DNA of 64,000 bases from Phoronis australis (taxonomy: Eukaryota > Animalia > Phoronida): the NCBI GenBank assembly GCA_002633005.1, contig NMRA01000689.1, forward strand, positions 1 to 64,000. Reading direction: 5' to 3'. Under the pieces are notes generated by a model. That model did no database searches. It saw only the letters and a program-made list of their open reading frames with translations, and was not told the origin of the DNA. A program made the position numbers and the translations under genes. This document shows positions 41,801 through 52,259 of this stretch, piece after piece; position 1 is the first letter of the stretch; each line of letters opens with the position of its first letter.

Positions 41801-44800
41801 ATCGTGTCATAAAAATAGAACAATGAACAACTAATCAAAGTGTGTCGGTGGTCATATCGTTGTTAANTCCGAAACATAAAGAGCAACTTCCGCTTTTCGA
41901 GGTGAAAGTCATCGGCAACGCGGCGGTAAGAAAGAAATTTGCTGCGGAAATTTTATATCAAATACGATTTTTTTTTACGCGGAAATATAATAAAATACGC
42001 GGACAGAACATTTGAAAAAAGCGGATATCCGCGTTTCCCCGGAAAATTCCAAGCCCTGCTGTAGCCTCCTGATCATTACATTTGCTAGATTACACAGAGG
42101 AGCGTGGTCTATTCCCACAGCTGCAATGTAATTTGCTAAAAGCTTGGGTCACGCTTGCTCATTTAGGAGACTTTGAAGGGAGTTTTCAAATTTTCCTCCA
42201 AACTTTTGAGGGTAATCAAAGGTTACAGAACATTTTGTTTCCCAGAGAACTGGATGGATAAGTTGTTTTAAGCCTGTTAATAGGCCAGAACATTATTTTG
42301 TTTCAGAGAACTGAACGGGAAAGTCGTTTTAAGTCTGTTAATAGGCCAAAACCGTGTTTGGCATCCTATTAACAAAGCAACGAGAACTGATGAATCTTTT
42401 GAAATTGCCACTTCACATGGTGACCTACTTATTTGGCTGGCATAGAACGTGAATGGCTTGGGTTCACTGGTCTCGTTGTCTGAAGGACGTAGGAGTTCCA
42501 TCTGCACCACAACTTCTTTAGCCAGCTCGGTGTTGGCATACGATGGAGTACGGAACACGATGGCAAAGCTACGGTGAACGTCGTGTGGCCCAAACTCGCC
42601 ATAGCCCTCCCAAGACAGATCACCCCTTTCATCCTCTTGGAAGAACCGCACCTTAATATCATCTGGGGACAGACAAGACTAAATTACAAGTAGGAATAAC
42701 AAATTACAACTATTTCGTACAGCATGCTGATATGAATCACGGTTATATGTAATATGAACTCAGTTCCAATAAATTAGTATCGTTAAGAACAACCAGTTCA
42801 CAATCGACAGAAAATTGACACTTTCAATCGTTATTTCAGCACTTAGCTGGAAGGTGTTCAAATGTGTCAACTGGTCTTTATGGAATTCAATCAGATGAAG
42901 AACTTGAGAAAATGATGTTGAAACTCAACAGCTGACCACTCACTATGAGACACCTTTTCACAAAGCAAGAAGACTTCATCACCTCCAACACACGAACCAG
43001 CCTGACGATCCATGCGGCAAATTTTCAATGGGGACTCTTTTTCTATCAAATTAAAATACATACAAAATCTAAGTTCAAAATAACCACAATAAAATGACCA
43101 GTTAGAAGTATAAAGTTGAAACCAATATTCGTCAGACCTACTTTCACAAACCGTTGTTCAAAAAGGTAAGTTAACCTTGAAGATGCATCCAAGTCACAGA
43201 AATACAGTCTAGTTTCACACTCAGTCAAGTTTCCCGCACAAATTTTTGCCATGACTCATTTATGGCAGGCAGCACCAGGTCAGGTGGTATGTGACTCATC
43301 ATCCAATTCAAATGTACCAGCAGAAGGTTTGTTTGGGAATTTCTTTCAAAATTTTCATCCCCAAGATTATTCTCATTGACCTATACATCATCTGCTGAAG
43401 TTTCAGTCTATGGACAATTAGTTTTTATACAATCCACTCTTTACCTATAATCTAACATACACCCAGTGTTTCTGCAATGAAGTTGACCAAATCGTGAATC
43501 ATATCGTGTCATAAAAATAGAACAATGAACAACTAATCAAAGTGTGTCGGTGGTCATATCGTTGTTAACCAGCAGAAGACTGGACAATCTATTACGCCAT
43601 TTCAATACTTTACTGCACACGCAGACATTGGCTTGATCGACGAAAACGGGGTTGGCTATCTCGTCATGTTGAACATGCTGATAATAATACGACTTGAATG
43701 AAGTCTGATTAGGTTGTTTTTTAATGCGAACCAATGCATTACGAATATTTTCATTGACTGCCAATGATAAACTTCTTATGTGACTGAAAATTTGAAATCA
43801 AAACTCGAAGCGAGAATTTTCAACTATCTGACTGCCATTTTTTTAGTCTGCACAGGAAGGTTACTAATGGTTACAGCTGTACAAAAGTCATGTTAGAATT
43901 TTGTGACAAACTGTGACAAAAAGGTTGATGTCATACTTTGAGACCTTCTATTGGCCCGCTATCACAAGGGATTGATTTATTTTCACCGCCCCTGCTCAAT
44001 CAGCTTACCTCCCTGCTTGAGGAATTTTGGAAGTATGTGTAATGTTTTGGTTAACTAGTATGCAATTGTAATGGTGGCTTTCAGTCCTCTCTACCATTTT
44101 TCATATTGACAACAAGATTTTTCGTCTAAACCTATGTGGTCACGTGACCTTTGGCTGTTACTTCACATATAGCACACAGGTGGTGCTCCGCTGGTCACCA
44201 ACTCTTATGGCATCATCAAAATCTCTGAATTTCTGAACAGAACTGGCACACTGAAAACTTCACAAAAAAGGACGTGGATAACCTCACATACAAGACTGTA
44301 TGTTTAGCCAAATACCTACTCAAGAATTTAACTAAGCAAAAGAAAAATTTTCCAAAAGTAGAAATTCTGTAGAATTAAATTTTTGACGCGACTTTACCGT
44401 ATTATAATCTACCATTAATTAGGTCATGTTATCATGCTTTTAGCAAAATTAATTAAAAAAAGGTGCAGTCATACAAAAGCATCAGTATAAATAACACATA
44501 AATCAACAAAACCATCATTCAAAAACAAAAATTGGTGATGAACTCTTAGTTGTGCCAAACTTCCGCGAAACTTCCTCAATCAAGATATATTCTGCTCCAT
44601 GGAAATAATATCCTTGCTAGGCGTTTTATGAACTCCAGGTTTAGAACTTATTTATCGGACTTTACCCATTTCAGATAAGAAATGATACAGTCAGATAATT
44701 CTTATCTACACCAACAGCCATACAGTGGAAAATGACCCAGTGCACCCTTTGTTCACTAAACAATTCTACAGTAGCATTAGATAATCATTCCCCCACTTTT

Positions 44801-47800
44801 TACAAAAGACTTGTTCTTTCATCAATTATTTTAGAATGTTTGCAACACTTTTTCAACTGCAATGTTCAAATAAATTAAAGTAAAGAAAGCTGTAGATGGG
44901 TTAATCAATTAAAATAGCAAAGGAAACAAAAAACGTAACATCATTTCAATTAATCTCCTAATAAATTTGCGTATTGGAGTTCTGAAGTTTCAGAAAAATT
45001 AATTAAGTTTCCAAGCGTGCTCTCCCTCAGCAATGCAAATGACAGACTGGACGAGGAAATACATACACATCTTTATTAGCTCAGTTAAAGCATAGTACGC
45101 TATCTCTGGAAACTGAAACGGGTAAAGTAGATGGGAGTCTGGTCGACTAACGACAGTGAAAAGTTCAGATGTAGAAGGTGAAAAGTATTTTGTTTTTGAT
45201 TGCAGTAAATATGAGCATTAAAGAAGAGAGGTCCCTCGCAAAGATGCATTATAATCATTTAAAAATATCAGGAAATTATGCAAAGCTGGCTTTATAAAAG
45301 AAACAAGATATTGGTGACATATAAAACCAATGTGGCTGAGAATATTCAAGTGCCTATCTTGTTTGTTTATACAGTTCTTTAGGTTTACTCATACACGCAT
45401 ATCACTACAATAATATCAAAACATCAGGTGTCCCAAAAAAGTGGCTCACTTTTTTGGGACATCTGATATACACAGCGAAGTTAAAACACATAACAGTAAT
45501 GGCCACTTGGAATTTGAGAAATTCAACCATTTTTTTCCACAAAATGACCGACATCAAACTGGTTGTCAAAATCCCGAACCCGTGCTAGTGCCTGTTGGCC
45601 CCATGTCAAAAGAAACTGCGAGTATGACAGGCAGTGAATTCAGGCATTCTACAGATAATTACACAGAATGAGAAATGCGACCTAACATCCAACCAGGAAC
45701 CACAGATAAAACAACCACAGGCCAAGCAGAGATCTTTTCAGAATATGCAATAGATCATCTGGTATGTAAGAAGACTAATAATTCATACATGTTTATATCT
45801 TTATTTCTGAAACCTATTCAACTCACTGTTGTTGTAAATTGGTTGTGAGACAACAGAGGGCAGCTGTATGTACTGGCCTTGAAGCTTCAGATATGCTTGG
45901 AAACACAGACGCACAGCATTCATCTTCAATGTCTTGGCCTGATCAGCTGCATGTTGATTGGCCTTTTGTATGTCCTCTTCTGGAAAGCAGACGACACAGA
46001 GAATTATGCTGTTGCATGCTAATGCACTGGATAATTGCAATGCAATGGTCCAAACCTCCGTTTTTGCCTTAAGCAACGAATGCACTTTGATATCAGACTT
46101 ATTTACAAAACCAATAACTGAAAGATTGATGGACTAAAGATGTTGATGTACATCATACATTATAACTAATAAGATTTGTAACTTAACCAAATCTCACACA
46201 CTCATTCCCGTTCGGACTTTTCATTTGTTCCTAATCCATTCATGAATATCATGATCCCAAGAGCAAGAATTGGCAAAACACTCTGACATTTGTCACATAC
46301 GGTGTTTTATCTAATAGTTCGCACACTTTAAAGGCGATGGAAACCTTTTTACATGTCATTTTTAGCAAAAATAGGGTTTGTTGATTATCCCAGACATATT
46401 TTTCACTTATTTACAGCTTTTCGTAACTTAATTAATCACTCGTCGTCTACTCCGGAAGTGACGTTTTGGGAGGCAAGAATTTCGCGCCAATTTCTTTTCA
46501 TATAGTCTGACTGTGAGAGCAGTCGAGTCTGTCATTGTTCTACCTCGGTGGTGATAAGTTCGGTCGTCGTTAGCTTTTGTTTACGAGTCAGTCAACATGC
46601 CTAGCTGTTGCTGCCTACCGAGATGTACTCATTATCGTCTCACGTACAGAGGAAGAACTGTTCCACTTGTCCGAGTGTACCGCGGCACACTCCCAGTGGA
46701 TGGTGACTTGAGCATCCAAACTGCTTACAAAGTCCCGCCCTGCGCCCTGGACTCCCTCGTCACACACATGGCACCTTCTAAATAGCTCAAATACAAGTCC
46801 ACAATAAACTTAAAATATCAAACTTAGGCTCGGCGATCTGTTCATTGGATGACGAACTGTACTTTTCACTGGGTGTCAAACTGGGCCTGTATTCACTCCC
46901 ACTACTCAACATCGCTGCAGGGCTGCTTACAGGCTCTGGGCCAGAGACAACAGCACACAGGGAATCAGTGCTAGTTCCTGAAATTGCACGCTATGGGGTA
47001 CGTTCGGAGGCATGGGTGACAGTAGATGAAGTGCCTCCAGTCACTGTTTATAGTGGCCACAGCTCGCAAGGCTTCTCGCTTCAAAAACGCACTTCTCGGG
47101 GGTAGCGACGGAGCACTGCTGGGAATCAGCAGCGATGATATGGACCCCTTCTTCAGGCATTGTTTCGCAGGGACCTTCATCAATTCAGCGTACATATCTC
47201 TGTCGCAATCTAAATTCATATTCTTATAAAAGATCACAAATAAATAAGCACCAGTTTTATTTGGATAATCGAAATCCGTGGTTTGCTATACTATGCTTGT
47301 ATAGAGCTTGAAAAATCATTATACAGGTGACCATTTTTGCGAATATGGAAATGGCGATAAGATTTTCCAGAGCGTTGCCAAATGACAATAAAAATGTCAT
47401 AACAGCAGATTTCCCCAACAATGGCTGTTTTGCTCTCAGATAAGTTCTTGACGAATAAATTTACAAAGTTGTGAAGTAATAGTACTAAGTTGTCCTGGAT
47501 TCCTGATAGAGCTGATTCTGGTGACTGTAGTGCGCAGACGACCAGTGACCATACAGCATTCCACTTGGATTGCAACTATTCTCACGCGACAACAGCGCAG
47601 AAGTGCGCGCCTGCAAGCTTCACGTGTTGCAGGTTAAATTTACAGTCAGAATCCTGTGACATGAGTAGAACTGCATGCGTATTAGCTGTCAAGTTCTAAG
47701 TTAGAGAGCAATTTATAAGTAGTTTGATAAAATTTAAGTTTGAAAAATTAATTCAGGCATGTTTTTGTGTTTGGTAATGTTTATGTTCGAGACTCCGTCA

Positions 47801-50800
47801 CCCAACTTGGCAATACATTGTCAAAGTAAGGTCTAGTGCAGCTGTCTTGATCTCGAACTACAGCCACCGCTCACTTGATGTTGCATGAAACACGCTACGT
47901 ATTGAGGTAAGCGGACACAGGCCAGTCGGCCATCAAAAGTTACTTCAAAGGCATTACTCAACAACAAGTATTTGCTTAATATTTTATGTAAAATCTATTA
48001 CAATAAAATTTCTTAAAATTGCAGTCATTCATTTCCTTATTGCCTCAAACATTCACGTACAGCATGCATGTACCATCTTTGATTTTAAGGGAATACGGCA
48101 AACGTCTTCTGCTCTAATAAGCGTCCCCTTTAAATTTTGAGAATTTTCAATTAAGCGCCAAAGCACACAACATTCCTTTTCATTAAGTTCTGATCGACCC
48201 TCAGTAACTTCATGTTTGTACATAGTCACACATCCTATGTAACCCGGCAATAATACATTTCCAGAAAACTAGAAAGTTGGGGAAATTTCTTCAAAACAGG
48301 GAGAATTTGACACTTTTCCGTGAGGTATGAGAATTTTCGAAAATCCAGGTGTTCCCACCTAAATTGAATTGGGAGTGTTGGCAAAACCACCGTCATATTT
48401 CTCTGGATTAATTCTTCGAACTTTATCTAGTGCATTCAGGGCTTGGAATGACCAAGGACAAAAAACGCGGAAACTTTTACGGCCAGAAACATGCACGCTA
48501 CCCAGCCTTGAAATAGCCGATGTGAATCTTTCGCCGACAAAAATCGGGAGGACTAAAAAAAAATAAAACAGTACCACCATCAGTATTACTTTTTTTAAAT
48601 AAACCCATCACCTAGGGAAATAATTTGTTACTTGTTGAAATATAATTCACATTGGAGGGCGTCCTTGCACTCACTGTTATCGTCCATCTTTATCTGTAAT
48701 AATTCGAACACTTAACTTTCTTTTCTAATTGTTCGTACGGCCAGTTTTATCTCTATTGACTGGGACACGAAGCTCTCGAGGGAAAAATAGTGCACACTAG
48801 TTTTACAAACTATTAGAAAAAAAAACGTAATCCTTTCAGATTCTGGGCTAATTATCCACAATGCTTGGCCTAAATATGGGACTAGATCAATCATATGATG
48901 AATTTTCCTACCTTCATCTAAAGAGGACTGTTGAATTATTTTCATTAGAGTGAGTGCTAACTTTGAAATAGATGACCACCACAACCTGAAAGTGTGATGC
49001 AGGCTTCTTTTTGCATGAAGTTAGCAAAATCCACTTCCGCAAAAATATGCGTTCCTTTGAAGGTCCATTCGGAAAGCGCAAACACGTCTGCCACGAGAAA
49101 GAGACTGGCATCGACATACTGCCCGACTCATCGCTACAACGCAATGTGATCGGCTAAAATTTTCAAAAATCCTAAAGTATGCAATGAAAGGATTGTAGAA
49201 ATAATAATCACCGCTCAGCTGATACTGTTGAGTTGCCTGCATTGAATCCATTATTTTGCTTGCCAGAATACCTACGACATCCTTCTTGGTGGCATGCATG
49301 ATGGTGAGATTAGCAAACCTAGAAATAAAGAGAAAAACGTGTGAGCGGCGATGTTAAAACAAATAAAAATTTGGAACAGCCTGATCACCATGCCACCTAC
49401 CGTTCAATAATTTCGGAAGATGGCCGCTGATAGGAGCCGAAACTGTCAAGGGTAAATAATATGTTTTTAGTGGCTGTGAAAAAGAAACTGCTTCTTATCA
49501 AATATACCAATCTTAAGTCATGAAACTATTTAGAGAAATAAAGGATATGTCTTCATGCTGACAACGATATGAAACCTCCTCATTATTACGCAAGAATTTC
49601 AACAGCTCAGCTCAGCCAAGCCACTAGTCACTCGTTTTTCTTTTAAGCTACAGCATGGGGACCTTAACGTCTTTGAGAGTGTCTCTAAGGTGGACTTCTC
49701 ATTGCATGCATCCCAATGACTGGAGATACTGATGGTTTCAGGTACCGAGCACGGAGAGAAGAAATCGTGTTTCACGTCCTTTCAATCATTACTGGCTACC
49801 TGCTATTCACCTTATTCACGCGGTCGCCATTTTGAAACTGAACCTCAGGTTTTAAAAATAATGGATTCTGCGCTTAATCGCAACTATTTTTTATCAGTCA
49901 AAATTAAATGCCCGTTTTAACATCTGTAGTCATATCGCTATGCTTCGTTCCTGCCGCATGGTTTGGCATCAAAAACAAGCGCGCGAACGACTTACGATGC
50001 TGTCATGAAGCCTTTTCCGTCCAGTTCTACAGTACACTGCCCATCTTCACATTTATCGCCCACGAGCTTGTGGGCGTGCAGCCTCGGAGTTTCATCATCA
50101 GAGACTAAGTACACAACAATTTTGGCCGGGCCTTTGTAGTTGACAATCTGAAACAAAACAGCAATTCATGTCGGTGTTATCAGCAATAACCTCGAGCGAT
50201 ATTTGTGAAACTACCATACAGTTTCAATTAATTAAAGGTCGGTATCAAGTCAAAATTTAATTCTAGACATACTTTCTGCTTTCAGAAAATATACACCTTT
50301 ACTGAGTTCAATCTTACAGGTTTGTACAATACTTGGCTGAACGCACAGACGTTCTTATAGCCTCAAACATATGAAACAAATGTTAACACGTTACAACAAA
50401 ATGAACTAAAAATTCTATGAACAGAACTACACTAGTCATTGAAGTTTGTTAATTATACGTAAATGTATATCATTAAGTCATAAAAAATGAAAATAAGTGT
50501 GGCAATGAGATTCATGGGATGATTCAGAAAGATTTTCTCTGGTTTGATTAGAAGGACAGGTTTGCTGTGTGCTCGTTCTTTAAGTCAGGCTTGCATCTGC
50601 TCAAGATGTCTTCACTTGCGTACATATGGACCACACACAAGCTCCCAAGCTCACAAAATTTACAATAGTCTGCAGATCATAAGCAGTCTAAGGTAGCCAG
50701 AGTGTTTTAACAACAAACACAGGGGGTCAGCATAAATGGAAGACAAAGAATAACACTTGATACTTACTGACACAGAGGGGAACGACTTGTGACCCTTTCT

Positions 50801-51643
50801 GGAGTTGACACCCTGAATGATACCATGAGATTTACCCTCACTTTCGTAACGGAACCGATAGCCATGTTGTTTGGGCTCTTCTGTGATCATCAGATAGGGT
50901 TCTTCAAAAGAACAAATCGTCAAACACTTCTTGCAGCAAATGATGACAGCAGAACTTGGAATACAGCAAGAATGGTTTGAGATTGTATCAGATACAAAAA
51001 AAAACATCGGATTGACATTGAATGCAGATGAACAAGCAACACGACTCGAAAATAAAAAACGATAATTAACACAGACATCAATGACAGTTTAGTCGTTACT
51101 TTTTACATCAATCAGGATTTTTTGAAAACCATCAGCAACTACCATGGCATATGTACTCCAAGGAGTGGTGAACACCAGTATTACAGTTTAAAGTATACAA
51201 AAATAATACAAGTAACATAAATGCTGGAATATAAGATTCGGTACACATATGGCCTGAAATGGTTTATGTTTTGTACAATGTGAGAATGGTGATAATTGCA
51301 AACGGTCCACAACGTGGATTGGTAAAATTTTACGCTTTGGCAGCAATGTAGAAATTATCCACAGGAAATTAGAGAAACATCAGTTCAAGCATTTAGTTTT
51401 GCAAATTTCATTTGCATGATTCGTGCATTTATCATATGCTTGCACATTAAAATTTTGAGGATTAATACAGTACCCATATCAATATGTTAAACATTGTACT
51501 TTGGGGAAACACATTTTGGCTCAAAGTTGAAGCATCATTTCCGTAATTTTATATACATATACAGTACCACTGTTAACACCATTACAGCCATTGGTCATCA
51601 GTAATCTATTACAGTTGGATACAATAGTCTCGCTTGTATCCAT
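29653..51643 (-). CDS. NFKB1: NF-kappaB p105/p100/Relish-like precursor (RHD-IPT-NLS-linker-6xANK-death domain), spliced, ~1070 aa. join complement(51568..51643,50768..50901,49996..50147,49212..49318,45827..45979,42944..43042,42429..42662,39983..40150,37451..38179,37028..37193,35979..36096,35399..35615,33383..33552,32896..33087,32126..32240,31598..31785,29653..29847)
   Basis: Rel motifs RFRYxxEGxSHG, LHAHKLVG, FANL.I.H.TKK, VRLCFQA, LKICRMDR..G...GGDEVFLLCEKV, FAIVFRTP, SEPKPF; NLS RKKMKR; ankyrin TPLHLA-type motifs; death-domain DW..LA..MG. Hand-checked GT-AG junctions keep one frame (3213 nt). Symbol reflects architecture; NFKB1 vs NFKB2 orthology is not resolvable from this window. Confidence 0.93.
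31598..31785 (-). CDS. NFKB1: NF-kB death domain exon 1 (GDMSLLDHTTRCEIGKLLD...KDWVALADAMGL...GPTVQLLNAYE)
   Basis: Matches p105 GDMKQL...KLLE...W..LA..LGL...PS..L...YE; ttttcag / GTGAGT. Confidence 0.92.
32126..32240 (-). CDS. NFKB1: NF-kB ANK-to-death-domain linker exon (LIRVLRGDSFHASLKSKKDSDDTESDEGVSLKSSADSL)
   Basis: tatttaacag / G|GTAAGT; phase 0-1 bridges the flanking exons exactly. Confidence 0.85.
32896..33087 (-). CDS. NFKB1: NF-kB ankyrin repeat 6 exon (ASVDVNAPTLNGDTPLHYACGMG...EGHTPFDLARDNDK)
   Basis: GDTPLHYA and G.TP.DLA motifs; ctttaag / GTAATT. Confidence 0.92.
33383..33552 (-). CDS. NFKB1: NF-kB ankyrin repeats 4-5 exon (GYAAVHLASRA...GADMSLADNRSGRTPLHVAVE...GYLILE)
   Basis: SGRTPLHVAVE motif; tgtatcag / GTAAGC. 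Confidence 0.92.
34190..34468. mobile_element. Tc1/mariner-type MITE in an NF-kB intron
   Basis: ta|CAGTTCAGGCCAAAAGTATTGAC ... GTCCAATTACTTTTGTCTTGTACTG|ca. Confidence 0.7.
35399..35615 (-). CDS. NFKB1: NF-kB ankyrin repeats 2-3 exon (TPLHLAVMTG...DRHGNTPFHLAAKAG...LNHE)
   Basis: Two ankyrin motifs; tttgcag / G|GTATGG. Confidence 0.93.
35979..36096 (-). CDS. NFKB1: NF-kB ankyrin repeat 1 exon (TLHQAIIHGQMNALRNLV...VNGYNHQKQ)
   Basis: LH.AIIH ankyrin motif; ttgcag / GTGAGT; phase 2-0. Confidence 0.9.
37028..37193 (-). CDS. NFKB1: NF-kB pre-ankyrin exon (..VALRIAERTAEALQNYAVSGDVKEVLSPQRHLVAIQDDEGDT)
   Basis: Matches p105 [36 protein letters not shown] donor. Confidence 0.93.
37451..38179 (-). 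CDS. NFKB1: NF-kB 729-nt Q/S-rich linker exon (243 aa)
   Basis: Longest ORF in the window; ttgtgttttcag / G|GTATGG; phase 1-1 fits both neighbours. Confidence 0.85.
38447..38560 (+). mobile_element. tRNA-derived SINE head (A box TGGCCCAGTG, B box GGTTCGAATCCC)
   Basis: Pol III boxes at tRNA-like spacing, no cloverleaf, followed by a SINE-like CCTTGAG..AGG body. Confidence 0.65.
38686..38850. repeat. Minisatellite, 7 x 23 bp (GAACAGATGYYCTGTACTTAAGT-like)
   Basis: Head-to-tail units with no spacers. Confidence 0.95.
39242..39313. other. Assembly gap (N run) inside an NF-kB intron
   Basis: 72 consecutive N. Confidence 0.98.
39983..40150 (-). CDS. NFKB1: NF-kB NLS exon (HDDISRKKMKRVPFLGGSDD...RGGKRSRSQRNPS)
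   Basis: Basic NLS directly after IPT; ctcattttag / G|GTAATT; phase 1-1. Confidence 0.88.
40731..40964 (-). CDS. NFKB1: NF-kB IPT exon 2, duplicate lower copy (same protein sequence)
   Basis: Six synonymous differences from 42429..42662; splice sites intact. Confidence 0.75.
   Translation of the reverse strand, partial: TILKCASSKRMKGVICLGRAMASLGHTTSTVALPSCSVLHRMPTPSWLKKLWCRWNSYVLQTTRRVNPSHSRSMPAR
41242..41340 (-). CDS. NFKB1: NF-kB IPT exon 1, duplicate lower copy (same protein sequence)
   Basis: One synonymous difference from 42944..43042; splice sites intact. Confidence 0.75.
41868..42058 (-). mobile_element. End of a hAT-like non-autonomous element (terminus CAGGGCTTGGAA)
   Basis: ...ttccaagccctg terminus, repeated subterminal GCGGA motifs; the same terminus begins a 74-bp relic at 48437..48510. 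Confidence 0.6.
42429..42662 (-). CDS. NFKB1: NF-kB IPT exon 2, upper copy (NDIKVRFFQEDERGDLSWEGYGEFGPHDVHRSFAIVFRTP...SEPKPFTFYASQI)
   Basis: IPT motifs; tgtccccag / GTAGGT; 234 nt, phase 1-1. Confidence 0.9.
   Translation of the reverse strand: MILRCGSSKRMKGVICLGRAMASLGHTTFTVALPSCSVLHRMPTPSWLKKLWCRWNSYVLQTTRPVNPSHSRSMPAK
42944..43042 (-). CDS. NFKB1: NF-kB IPT exon 1, upper copy (KKESPLKICRMDRQAGSCVGGDEVFLLCEKVSH)
   Basis: IPT motif; tttgatag / GTGAGT; 99 nt, phase 1-1. Confidence 0.9.
45423..45467. repeat. 45-bp hairpin, probably a collapsed Tc1/mariner-like TIR pair
   Basis: ATCAGGTGTCCCAAAAAAGTG gct CACTTTTTTGGGACATCTGAT, 21-bp arms with 1 mismatch. Confidence 0.8.
45827..45979 (-). 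CDS. NFKB1: NF-kB RHD exon (EEDIQKA...KMNAVRLCFQAYL...LPSVVSQPIYNN)
   Basis: VRLCFQA and VSxPIY motifs; gctttccag / GTGAGT. Confidence 0.93.
46332..48045 (-). mobile_element. Decayed Kolobok-like DNA transposon with THAP and transposase N-terminal remnants
   Basis: ttaa|AGGCGATGGAAA left end, TTTCCTTATTGCCT right end; minus-strand peptides RDMYAELM...LKKGSI...PRSAFLKRE (THAP tail) and EPKF...ELFRRCHVC...VTIHWECAA. Confidence 0.6.
49212..49318 (-). CDS. NFKB1: NF-kB RHD exon (FANLTIMHATKKDVVGILASKIMDSMQATQQYQLS)
   Basis: Matches p50 FANLGILHVTKK; tttatttctag acceptor; G|GTGATT donor keeps frame. Confidence 0.88.
49996..50147 (-). CDS. NFKB1: NF-kB RHD exon (IVNYKGPAKIVVYLVSDDETPRLHAHKLVGDKCEDGQCTVELDGKGFMTAS)
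   Basis: Matches p50 ICNYVGPAKV...HAHSLVGKHCEDGIC; tttgtttcag / GTAAGT. Confidence 0.93.
50768..50901 (-). CDS. NFKB1: NF-kB RHD exon, DNA-recognition loop (PYLMITEEPKQHGYRFRYESEGKSHGIIQG...SFPSVS)
   Basis: Rel signature motif; donor GTAAGT; acceptor ttcttttgaag is less certain. Confidence 0.92.
51568..51643 (-). CDS. NFKB1: NF-kB probable first coding exon (MDTSETIVSNCNRLLMTNGCNGVNS); exon acceptor at 51671
   Basis: Strong acceptor ttttctctgtttcag, ATG in context ATAATGG, phase-1 donor G|GTACTG that joins the RHD exon in frame. No homology support. Confidence 0.55.
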
Positions 51644-52259
51644 TATACTGGAGGGAACAGATGGAACAAATCTGAAACAGAGAAAACGTCTACTTCCATG
51701 ACAATATTACGGTACTCAGAAGATTAAGCCTTACACATAGGCTAACTCAAAATGGCCATGATTCAGTCCTATGAACTTCAGGTACTGTTGTCTGGATGTA
51801 GGCTACATCACAAAAAAGAACGAAAACACGTTAATTTGTTAGACTAAAACATCAAAGTCACCTTGTTACAAATACTGTTTGCACATACAGGGATACTTTG
51901 GAGGCCGTCAATGTTTTCAATTCCTTCCAACTCGAACAAATACTCCTGTAATCCAACTTTGCCTTCGAGCAGTCCTTCGTTCAGATGCCCAAATCGGCAA
52001 CAGGCCATTTTTAACACTGCGCGTGCTCCTGGCAGGAGCCCTGAACATAGGAGTGTGTGCAATGTAAATGTGGCCATCTGCAAATTTGGACAACTGAACG
52101 ATGAAGAATTTGTAGAGTTGAGTGGACTGTGACTCAAACAACATCATATGGTCTGAATAGCATGAATTCTGTTCAAAAATGTCTTGTGAAACCCAATTGC
52201 TGGGCTTCATCGATGAAAAAAGTGAGCATGTTGACAAAAGGAATAGGGTTTTTGCTCTC

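Larger units (their letters stand above)
40362..43568. repeat. Tandem duplication of ~1.5 kb (40362..41866 versus 42060..43568) covering both IPT exons
   Basis: Near-identical sequence at offset 1698-1702, separated by an N at 41867 and a 191-bp transposon end. Confidence 0.95.
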
